DNA from: Myxococcota bacterium
GTDB taxonomy: Bacteria; Myxococcota_A; SURF-8
Length of the DNA stretch: 64,000 nt
Assembly: GCA_965140415.1 (NCBI GenBank)
Contig: OZ223209.1
Location: forward strand, 3,488,001-3,552,000
Direction of reading: 5' to 3'
Shown: in pieces, positions 9,755 to 18,433 of the stretch
Layout of the letters: each line of letters begins with the position of its first letter
Numbering within the stretch: position 1 is the first letter of the stretch
Notes under the pieces: generated by a model
Databases searched by the model: none
Told to the model about the DNA's origin: nothing
Seen by the model: only the letters and a program-made list of their open reading frames with translations
Translations under genes and position numbers: made by a program

Positions 9755-11992
9755 TTGATCTACTTTACAATGATTTCTCGGTTTTTCCAATCGAGTCGTG
9801 TCTTTTTACGGGACAGAATGCACAAAGGAAACGAGATTATCCGCGTGACCGATCCCCACCTGCAAAAATTATTTTATATCACATTGATATTACTGACTTT
9901 ATTAGTCTTCCAAAATACGTCCACACTGGCTGCGGAATCCTCGGGATATATCATCCCGGCAGAAAATGCTGAAAAAGCACAAGCTTTGTGTACGCCATCA
10001 AACATGTGGCAACAACAACATGGAAAGTTGCTGCAAATTGCCATAAAGAAACATCACATTTCACTTCAATTCGCACATGCAAAAGACGGGCAACGAGCAA
10101 CATTCGAAGTTCTACCCACACCTAAACCGATGCAACAACATAGCGCCTGCCTGCCACTCGATGCAGAAAAAACGATTTCCGTTTGTTTTTCCAAGAACGA
10201 TCAACACAACGAATCCCTCGCCCGCGCCTGGTTGAGTTGGCAACAAGAAAACGAACAGGCCAATGCCTTTTCATCGATCTGGCACAAGCAACAAGCACGC
10301 ATATTGGAAAGCAAACCGGAATTTCAGCAACCGGTCGATCCTGCACGCTTTCCAATCATGTCCGCACTCGTTAAGTACGTGGCAGAACCAATAGCCAAAC
10401 AAATTCCCGCATTACGTTTACTTACACTCAGCCTGGCTACAATCGCGCTGATTCTGGTGTTCCTATCCATCCGTTCCTTATTGCGATCTCACGAGTTATC
10501 GCTTTCGCGAAGCAGTCGCTGGATTGCGCTTTTATTGTTCCTAGTGCTCATTGCTTCCAAATGGCTGCTGCTGCCCCATGCCAATCTGATTCTTTACGAT
10601 GAATATGAGAACATGGGCTGCATTCGAGAACTCAATATGAGCGGTCAGTTTGCATTTCGCCTCTTCGATGTGAACGGATTCGATCCGGTACTGGCGAATA
10701 TCGACTATGCCCCGCTTTTTCACATGGCCGCCTCCGTGCTAAATCTGTTGGGATTTTCTATTGCCACGGCGAGCGCCGTAATAAATGTGCTTGTAACCAG
10801 CTTGTTTTTTCCAACCATCCTGATTTTAGTCCGTATAGCCACTCCGAATTCAGATGAACGCATCGCGATTGCACTCGCGTTGCTGTATGCGTCCTTACCT
10901 GCCAACGTGGTGTTGTCCCTGACAGCCGCAACACATCCCATGTTCCAATTCTGGATGATCCTGACTTTCGTTTCCGCAGCGGCACTGATCCGACAACCGC
11001 AACGAACCGGATTGCATCTGGCTACTCTGGTTTTCTGTGCGTCTGCGGCGTTCTATGGACGAAATGAAGCCTTTTTCGTGCTGGCAGGCTTGGCTTTTGC
11101 GTCCCTGTTACTCTGGAAACTCAGCATGTTCCAAAGTTCGAACCCTCATTTTTCGAACCAATTTCCAACATGGAAAAACTTCGCAAAAGCTGGTTTGGCG
11201 TTCATCCTTCTCACCTTACCGGTAATGGCCCTGATGCTGGCAAACGACCTCGCAGTCGAGTTTTCGATGCTGGATAAGCAAGATTTCTGGACAAGAGTCA
11301 CCATTGGTCGCGGCTACAATTTCCTGCGAAATGCCCTGGCTTTCGGGTTCATTCCTTTAACGCTTCCCGTTTGGCTAAGCATTTCAGCCATTCTGGGGGT
11401 GATACTATCCATTTGGAATAAAAGCTTTTCCAGGCGTTATGGACTATGGATTGTCGTTTGCTATTTATGGACCTGCTTTGTATATACCCAGGACGACTGG
11501 TATGGCGAAACCATGCAAAACTGGATTGAGCGACCATATCAGATGGGAATTATTTATCTTTTTGTGTTTTGCATGGCAATCCCTCTGTTATCGAGACTTA
11601 AAAACAGTAACAAGCTGGTTTTTCTATTTCTTGTTGCGTTTGCACTCAATCTCTACGGTACAGTTGACCTTTTCGAACAATACTATTATAGGTCGAAACG
11701 AGTGCAATGCATCGCCCTTGAGAACATAAAGCAGGATCTTCCAGATAATTCAGTTATTTACGCCCACACTTCAATCTCCATTCGCTTTGTGGCTGATCTC
11801 GATCACAGCGATCTGCGCTATTTAAGCCGCTTACCCAAAATCAACAACCGCCCGATTTTCTATTTCGACATGCTGGGACGTGCAGAAGAGAAAATGCAAA
11901 TCGAGAACTACGGATATCATCTCCAAAAAACAAAACACCGTAATTTATACCGTTTGCTTGATTCCGGTCCAACTCATGAACAATCCCCCTAA
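9755..11992 (+). CDS. Polytopic membrane protein, probable GT-C fold glycosyltransferase (true start probably further downstream, about 9818-9845)
   Basis: Signal peptide ending STLA-AE, soluble domain, ILYDEYEN acidic motif in the first loop, about 12 TM helices, GRNE motif, ERPY, short soluble C-terminal domain. Confidence 0.65.
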   Translation: MIYFTMISRFFQSSRVFLRDRMHKGNEIIRVTDPHLQKLFYITLILLTLLVFQNTSTLAAESSGYIIPAENAEKAQALCTPSNMWQQQHGKLLQIAIKKHHISLQFAHAKDGQRATFEVLPTPKPMQQHSACLPLDAEKTISVCFSKNDQHNESLARAWLSWQQENEQANAFSSIWHKQQARILESKPEFQQPVDPARFPIMSALVKYVAEPIAKQIPALRLLTLSLATIALILVFLSIRSLLRSHELSLSRSSRWIALLLFLVLIASKWLLLPHANLILYDEYENMGCIRELNMSGQFAFRLFDVNGFDPVLANIDYAPLFHMAASVLNLLGFSIATASAVINVLVTSLFFPTILILVRIATPNSDERIAIALALLYASLPANVVLSLTAATHPMFQFWMILTFVSAAALIRQPQRTGLHLATLVFCASAAFYGRNEAFFVLAGLAFASLLLWKLSMFQSSNPHFSNQFPTWKNFAKAGLAFILLTLPVMALMLANDLAVEFSMLDKQDFWTRVTIGRGYNFLRNALAFGFIPLTLPVWLSISAILGVILSIWNKSFSRRYGLWIVVCYLWTCFVYTQDDWYGETMQNWIERPYQMGIIYLFVFCMAIPLLSRLKNSNKLVFLFLVAFALNLYGTVDLFEQYYYRSKRVQCIALENIKQDLPDNSVIYAHTSISIRFVADLDHSDLRYLSRLPKINNRPIFYFDMLGRAEEKMQIENYGYHLQKTKHRNLYRLLDSGPTHEQSP

Positions 11993-12028
11993 CCATTCTT
12001 TTCTGTGGCCACTCACCCATAAAAGGGG

Positions 12029-12058
12029 TTGACGAGCCGCTTCTAATACCTGTATTAT
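12029..12058 (+). promoter_or_regulatory. Putative sigma70-type promoter for flagellin
   Basis: TTGACG-N18-TATTAT, about 110 bp upstream of the ATG. Confidence 0.4.
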
Positions 12059-12169
12059 TACTATTGATAAAAGGCGGACTGTGGCTTTCATTCACGGTCA
12101 GGAGAACGGACTCTCCCGTTCAGCATCCGAAAACGATGCAGAGCGGCTTTCAAGGAGGAATGGAGCATC

Positions 12170-12991
12170 ATGAAAATCCAAGGTGGTTTATCTAGTCTTA
12201 AGGCCCTCCAGCAATTAAGCGGCAACAAAGAACTGATGGCGAAAGTCATCGAGCGCATCGCCAGCGGCCAGCGTATCAACTCTGCGGCAGACGATGCCGC
12301 CGGGCTTTCGCAATCTTCACGCATGAGCGCGGAAATCGCATCCCTTAACGAAGCGGCTCGTAACGTCAGTTACGGAACCGCCATGGCGCAAACTGCCGAG
12401 GGAGGCATGCAGCAGATCGAGAATATCTCGATTCGGTTAAGCGAATTGGCGACACAGGCTGCAAGTTCCAACAGTGGCGCAGATCGAGAGGCGATCAATA
12501 CGGAAGCCCAGGCGCTACGTGAAGAAATGGACCGGATCGCCGGTTCAACAACCTACAATGGACAAACGCTTTTGGATGGCAGTTTCAGTACTACTTTGCA
12601 AGTCGGAGACCAGAACAACGCAGATAGCCGCCTAGCTGTCTCTTTCGGCGACCTGCGCAGTTCCGCACTGGATGGCGGCGGACCGGTCAGCCTGGATTTA
12701 AGTACCCAGGAAGGAGCACAAGCCGCATTAGGTTCAATCAACAACGTACTGGATTCTCTGGCGACACAACGAGCCGAAACCGGCGCATTGCTTAATCGCC
12801 TAGACTCGGCCTATTCCAACCTGACCGTTTCCATCGAAAACAAGCGCGCCAGTCAGTCAGTCATCGCCGACGCCGATATCGCCCAAGAATCGACGGAGTT
12901 GCTTAAACTGCAAATCCTTTCCGAATCCAATACCGCCATGCTGGCACAGGCCAACGCCAATCAGGCATCTGCATTGAAACTGTTGGAATGA
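12170..12991 (+). CDS. fliC: Flagellin (minimal, D0-D1 only)
   Basis: ERIASGQRINSAADDAAGL, AQTAEGG, RL.ELA.QA, RA..GA..NRL, S.IADAD.A.E, AMLAQAN; AAGGAGG RBS. Confidence 0.9.
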   Translation: MKIQGGLSSLKALQQLSGNKELMAKVIERIASGQRINSAADDAAGLSQSSRMSAEIASLNEAARNVSYGTAMAQTAEGGMQQIENISIRLSELATQAASSNSGADREAINTEAQALREEMDRIAGSTTYNGQTLLDGSFSTTLQVGDQNNADSRLAVSFGDLRSSALDGGGPVSLDLSTQEGAQAALGSINNVLDSLATQRAETGALLNRLDSAYSNLTVSIENKRASQSVIADADIAQESTELLKLQILSESNTAMLAQANANQASALKLLE

Positions 12992-13023
12992 GCCAGTAAT
13001 AAAACCATTCACGATCAGCAATC

Positions 13024-13060
13024 AACGGCAAGGTTTACTAATCTTGCCGTTTTTCTTTTC
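13024..13060 (+). terminator. Intrinsic terminator after flagellin
   Basis: AACGGCAAG-N10-CTTGCCGTT followed by TTTCTTTT. Confidence 0.85.
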
Positions 13061-13261
13061 CCTAAACAACCGCAAGTATTTACAGAATACAGCATTATGT
13101 TGAAGTCTTGGATATCCAATGGTACACTTTAAAAGTGTAGTATTCCCTTTATAAAAAGCGAGTTTATCCCATACGTTGATTTACATCATTAAGACTTGAA
13201 GTTGCATCTGCTTCCAATTAGGTTCCTCATTCCCTTGGAATATTGACGGAATACACAAATA

Positions 13262-15706
13262 ATGTATAGACACCCAATCTTCTTAATTTGCCTTTTTATC
13301 TTTCTCGCGATCCAAACCATCTGTTTTTTTTCTATTGACCAAGCACAAGCTTCTGCTGTTATCCATGCCCGTGGAGACGACAACTATCCTCCGTATGAAT
13401 ATGTAGACGAAGGACAACCTACTGGTTTCAACGTCGAAATTTTCAGAGCAGTAGCAGATACCATGGGACTTCAAGCAACAGTCGAGTTGGGACCATGGAA
13501 TGAAGTTAGAAGTGAGTTGGAAGAGGGAGAAATTGACCTCGTGACCGGTATGTACTTTTCGGAAGAACGCGCCAAGAACGTAGATTTTTCAACGCCTCAC
13601 ATACAAGTTTTCCATACCATCTTTATTCGTAATGATTCTAATATAACTAGTTTGAAAGATGTCGAGGAGAAGGAAATCATCGTCCAACGTGGCGACATCA
13701 TGCATGACTTCGTTCTTCAAAAAAACCTTAGCAATAAAATCATTACCGTAGAAAATCAAATCGACGCCCTTCGTTTGCTGGCATCAGGAAAATATGATTG
13801 CGCAATTTTGGCTAAATTGCAGGGCCTGTACCTTGTCCATACCTACAAATTGAAGAACGTTCATACCGTTGGAGAACCGATCGAACCAAGGCAGTATTGC
13901 TTTGCTGTTACCAAAGGAAACCACGCGCTGCTTGACAAACTCAATGAAGGGCTGCGAATCATTCACGCCACGGGTCAATACAACACAATTCGCAAAAAGT
14001 GGTTCGGCACCTATGAACGAGCCGTCACCAAACTGGACGTGCTAAAAAAAGCAGCCTGGATTCTGGCACTACTCGCTTTCCTGCTTTTTGCTGCACTATT
14101 ATGGTCCTGGTCTTTGAAACGCAAAGTAAAGCAACGGACTCAGGCACTGAAAGAGGAGTTGAACCAACGTTTACGGATACAGAAAGAATTACGAGAAAAA
14201 CAGAACCTCATTCAAACCATCTTCAATTCCACGCCAGATTTCCTGATTCTGAAGGATACTCAAAAAAAAATTCTCTTCGCCAATCTTGCTTTTTGCCAGT
14301 TTGTTGGACAGCCTACAGAGAATATTATCAACGTATCTTACTCCGATCTGTTTCCCAAAGAAGAAGCGGAAAAATTCGAAACTGAAGACGAATACGTCTT
14401 ATCCAGCAAAAAACAGTTGGCAAAAGATTCCCAAGCAACCGGAAAACAGGGGCAACGCTGGTTTCACGTTGTTAAAACTCCCATACTCGACGAGCAAGAC
14501 AATGCAACCGGAGTGTTGGTTTCCGTGCGAGATATTACACACCGTCGCTTGATGGAAGTAGCATTGAGAGAAAGCTCCAATTGGCTCTCCACAACATTGA
14601 ATAGTGTTGGAGACGCCGTCATTACGACCAACATGAAAAACTACATCACCTACATGAACCCGGAGGCTCAGAAACTTACTGGTTTTAGCGTACAAAAAGC
14701 AAATCGAATGCCTCTTGATAAGGTATTCCGCCTCATCGATGAAGAAAGCAATAAAAAGCTGGAAAACCTGGCAAGCATCATTATGCGAGAAAAGCCAACA
14801 GCCCCCATTTCCCGCAATGCGATATTGATTTCACGAAACGGTGAGAAGCGACACATTTCAGATTCCGGTGCTCCAATCATCGATGACAATGGCAACATCC
14901 TTGGTGTTGTGCTGGTTTTCAGAGATATAAGCCAGCAACGGGATCTGGATGCACAACTTCGACACCAGCAAAAACTGGAGTCGATTGGAACGCTCGCCGG
15001 AGGTGTTGCCCATGAAATCAACAACCCGATTAACATCATCATGAATTACGGGCAACTTTTAGTAGACAATTCCAAACTAGATGACTCGACTAGGGAAGAC
15101 GCTCGGACCATTGTGGATGAAAGCTACCGAATTGCCAACATTGTAAAAAATCTTCTGGCCTTCTCCAGGCGAGAAAAAGAACCTCGTAACTCGGTTTCTC
15201 TGAACTCCATTTTCGAAAGCACATTTTCACTGATTGATCGCATTCTGAAAAAAGATCAAATTCAAATCGACACTCACATTGACCCGAATCTTCCGCCTGT
15301 AATCTGCCGCAAACAGCAGATCATGCAAGTACTCATGAATCTGATCACCAACGCGCGCGACGTTGTAAACACTCGCTATCCTGATTATGACGAAAACAAA
15401 CAAATCAGTATTTTCTCGCAACTCGTGCAGAATGACCATTTTCACTATGTTCGCACCTCCGTGCGAGATACAGGAACAGGCATTCCTAACGCCATCAAAG
15501 ATAGGATCTTCGATCCTTTCTTTACCTCCAAACCGCGTCACCAGGGTACTGGGCTGGGATTATCGGTAAGCTACGGAATCATCAAGGAACATGGAGGTCA
15601 AATGGGATTTGAAACGGAAGAAAACGTTGGAACAACATTCTATTTCGATCTTCCAGTCGCAACAGAGACTAGCGGTTATCCTCCGTCAAATATTGATCGC
15701 GAATAG
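13262..15706 (+). CDS. Sensor histidine kinase: periplasmic amino-acid-binding (SBP family 3) domain, TM, two PAS/PAC, HisKA, HATPase
   Basis: DNYPPYEY..G.PTGF.VE; PAC ends VRDIT and FRDIS; H-box GVAHEINNP; QVLMNLITNA, DTGTGI, FDPFFTSK, GTGLGL. Confidence 0.93.
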   Translation: MYRHPIFLICLFIFLAIQTICFFSIDQAQASAVIHARGDDNYPPYEYVDEGQPTGFNVEIFRAVADTMGLQATVELGPWNEVRSELEEGEIDLVTGMYFSEERAKNVDFSTPHIQVFHTIFIRNDSNITSLKDVEEKEIIVQRGDIMHDFVLQKNLSNKIITVENQIDALRLLASGKYDCAILAKLQGLYLVHTYKLKNVHTVGEPIEPRQYCFAVTKGNHALLDKLNEGLRIIHATGQYNTIRKKWFGTYERAVTKLDVLKKAAWILALLAFLLFAALLWSWSLKRKVKQRTQALKEELNQRLRIQKELREKQNLIQTIFNSTPDFLILKDTQKKILFANLAFCQFVGQPTENIINVSYSDLFPKEEAEKFETEDEYVLSSKKQLAKDSQATGKQGQRWFHVVKTPILDEQDNATGVLVSVRDITHRRLMEVALRESSNWLSTTLNSVGDAVITTNMKNYITYMNPEAQKLTGFSVQKANRMPLDKVFRLIDEESNKKLENLASIIMREKPTAPISRNAILISRNGEKRHISDSGAPIIDDNGNILGVVLVFRDISQQRDLDAQLRHQQKLESIGTLAGGVAHEINNPINIIMNYGQLLVDNSKLDDSTREDARTIVDESYRIANIVKNLLAFSRREKEPRNSVSLNSIFESTFSLIDRILKKDQIQIDTHIDPNLPPVICRKQQIMQVLMNLITNARDVVNTRYPDYDENKQISIFSQLVQNDHFHYVRTSVRDTGTGIPNAIKDRIFDPFFTSKPRHQGTGLGLSVSYGIIKEHGGQMGFETEENVGTTFYFDLPVATETSGYPPSNIDRE

Positions 15707-15879
15707 CATAAAAGTATTGCTTTTGGCTAGTGACCAGTCCTGCTAAAATAATCCGAACATTTTCATTGTCATATACTACTTATTCAGATATTTTTGGGTA
15801 GCGAAAATTAGCACCCCTGCTCTATGGTTGTTCGTGATTTAAGAGCAATAGAACTTGAAGTAGTTGAAACGGAATCCAC

Positions 15880-17928
15880 ATGCTATTCTTTCTTGGCATT
15901 GCATATGCGCCTTCTTTCCTGGCATTGGTCGGATTGCAATTTCTATTTCTATTACTTGTCATGATCGGTTTGCTGTTTCAAATAGTCGGCTTACCCGATC
16001 TCCCTTCCACATTATTAATCGCCGCGATTCCCATTCCACTTCTCATCACTTACTACATTGTGACATGGCTGCGCATGCGCTTGCAAACCCTCTTCAGAAT
16101 TAACGAACAAGCTCATTTTCCTCCAAACGCAAATCCCGGTCCGAAAGGACGAAATCTGGCAGCACTCAAGCAACTAGGAGGGAAAGTCCCACAGACCTAT
16201 TACCTTCCTTTCCGGACAGTCGAGAAAGTCCGGAATGAAATAGAGAAAACAGGCAACAGCCGTACGTTCAAAAAGACGGTAAATATCCTTACCAAGCGAG
16301 CAAACGAAAACCGAGTAACGACCTGGATCGTTCGCTCCAGTTCATCCATGGAAGACGGAACACACTCATTTCCTGGTATTTTCACCAGTATTAAAGACAT
16401 CCCGGTAACAGACACCAAACGCCTTAAAGAAGCCATTTTAACGGTCTGTGAATCCTATCATTCCCAATCCGCCCAGGACTATGCGAAACAATTGGGTATT
16501 TCGATTGAAACGCCCGAAAACAGTGCGGTCATCATTCAAGAGCAGATAGATCACCTCTATGCAGGTATTATCTCCTCTTTCAATCCACAGGGAATGCGCC
16601 CAGATGAAATGCGCCTTGAATTAATCGACTCCAACGGTCAAACTCACACGGCCGTGTATGACCGAATTATGCACAGACTTCATTCTGAAAAAGCCGATCC
16701 GCTGGCAATCGATACCAAAAGCTTCGATCGACTACGCAGTTTGCTAAAACGCTGTGAAGCATATTTCAGACACCCGGTTGTGATCGAGTTCGGACTGAGA
16801 AACCGTGAACTTTACACCTACCAGGTCAGACCTCAAACGATCAAACCTATTGAAGTCTGGACCAACAACGGACCGGTGGATCTCAATCCTGATCCATTTA
16901 CATTGTTGCAGGCGGACTTGACTTTTGGAACCTCTCTGGCATTTTTACAAAACCACCTTGCAGGCAAATCGCAACAGGAAACGTCCACTCATCCCATTCG
17001 AATTCAGATGATTCATAGCCGAACCTACACTAACTACCAAGATGTACTAAAGTGGAATTGGCAAGACGCAACTTCGAAAACTTGTTTAAATAAAAGACAA
17101 GTCCAGGAGTTGATTCAAAAGGATTTACCGGCGGATCTTCCACTGCGCCAGGCTATCATCGATTACAGGCACCGCTTGGTGGTTCAATCCCAGCTAAAAC
17201 AGAAAGCGGCTCGTTATGAACATACGATCCGCTTTCTGTCCATGTTAAACTTACGGGAACGCTTTGCACCGATCTTTCGCTGGAATACATATCTTGCTGC
17301 AATCGCAAAGAAACGCAGTCAAATTTTGTTAAAACAGGTGGATTCCATGCACCCGGACATTTCTAATCAACTTGCAAACCTTCTCGATAGCTTCATTTCT
17401 CATATCGGTTCGGACGCTCCCCATCTAACGCTTTCAGAAGCCTGTGCCCGCATGAAGGGAAGTACACTGCCACCCGCAGAAATCGTACTTGCGCGTAAAA
17501 TTCAGTACGAAGCGGACCATGCAAACACAGCCCCCTCTGTCTGGCCTCCACCGAGTCGAAATGTAGATTCACTTCACACTGGAATACAAGCTCACTTTCA
17601 TTCCCTTGGAACAGGAAACGTCGAGGCTATCGGCTGGATGCCGTCACAACAACAGCCCAAAGCTCCAAAAGAAGGATATATTCTCCTATTGCCTGATATG
17701 TCGTTGAAATGGCAAGAGTTGCTGCGACAAGCTAAAGGGGCTGTTTTTGCCTCTAACAACATCCTTTCCCATCTCTGTCTACAGGCCATTGAATTGGGAG
17801 TTCCTTCAATAACGGCTGCAAGTACGGAAGAATTGTTCGCAATGAACGGTCAAAAGCTGTATCTGGATGCGGATCGTGCTACAGTGAAAATCTTGTCGGA
17901 CGGAAATAGGAAACAAATTTATCAATGA
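15880..17928 (+). CDS. PEP/pyruvate-binding (PPDK N-terminal ATP-grasp) plus C-terminal phospho-His swivel domain protein with N-terminal TM helices
   Basis: GPKGRNL, VRSSS..EDG..SFPG.F.S, VIIQEQI, IEFG, YQVRP; C-terminal LSH...A.ELGVP; first about 60 aa hydrophobic. Confidence 0.8.
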   Translation: MLFFLGIAYAPSFLALVGLQFLFLLLVMIGLLFQIVGLPDLPSTLLIAAIPIPLLITYYIVTWLRMRLQTLFRINEQAHFPPNANPGPKGRNLAALKQLGGKVPQTYYLPFRTVEKVRNEIEKTGNSRTFKKTVNILTKRANENRVTTWIVRSSSSMEDGTHSFPGIFTSIKDIPVTDTKRLKEAILTVCESYHSQSAQDYAKQLGISIETPENSAVIIQEQIDHLYAGIISSFNPQGMRPDEMRLELIDSNGQTHTAVYDRIMHRLHSEKADPLAIDTKSFDRLRSLLKRCEAYFRHPVVIEFGLRNRELYTYQVRPQTIKPIEVWTNNGPVDLNPDPFTLLQADLTFGTSLAFLQNHLAGKSQQETSTHPIRIQMIHSRTYTNYQDVLKWNWQDATSKTCLNKRQVQELIQKDLPADLPLRQAIIDYRHRLVVQSQLKQKAARYEHTIRFLSMLNLRERFAPIFRWNTYLAAIAKKRSQILLKQVDSMHPDISNQLANLLDSFISHIGSDAPHLTLSEACARMKGSTLPPAEIVLARKIQYEADHANTAPSVWPPPSRNVDSLHTGIQAHFHSLGTGNVEAIGWMPSQQQPKAPKEGYILLLPDMSLKWQELLRQAKGAVFASNNILSHLCLQAIELGVPSITAASTEELFAMNGQKLYLDADRATVKILSDGNRKQIYQ

Positions 17929-18311
17929 CCGAAGAACTTTTAGACAACAGACCTCCCCTCGATGAAAGCATCCAGCGTCGCCAAAAACTGGAAATGGCCA
18001 GTGAAACGATCCAGAAACAATTGAAGACGATTCCAAAGCCGAAATTCGCTTTGATGCTGATTGCTTCCTTCGTTTCATTTGGAAGCCTAGCAGGCTTGCT
18101 TCTGGCTTCATACAGCCTGCTTAGCTCACTACAAGCAGGGACCGCTTTTCAAGGCGGCGGAATGCAGCGCTGGATGGGCTTGTTGTTTTTCCTGTTGCCT
18201 CTTCTACTCAGTTTGCGCTATGTCTATCGGCAGTTCGGTTTCCGACGAGCACGGCAGAACCTGCTTGCTGCAAACCGAAAGCTGAAGGAGTCTTTGAAAG
18301 AGCGCGGCTGA
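17925..18311 (+). CDS. Small two-TM membrane protein
   Basis: ATGA overlap with the upstream stop; two hydrophobic segments. Confidence 0.7.
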   Translation: MTEELLDNRPPLDESIQRRQKLEMASETIQKQLKTIPKPKFALMLIASFVSFGSLAGLLLASYSLLSSLQAGTAFQGGGMQRWMGLLFFLLPLLLSLRYVYRQFGFRRARQNLLAANRKLKESLKERG

Positions 18312-18433
18312 TTATCCGGCAATCTATATCTCTTTCCATCGTCGGATGAATAGTTTCATTCTCCAAGGCAGCAATGTTGCTGCAAATGCCGATGCTCCTT
18401 TCCCACTTTGCTGCTGTTGATCTGGAGGTACCT

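Noticed and set aside
15880-17928. PEP synthase, PPDK or true rifampicin phosphotransferase
   Set aside because: No C-terminal PEP-binding barrel; the middle domain is short and an N-terminal membrane segment is present.
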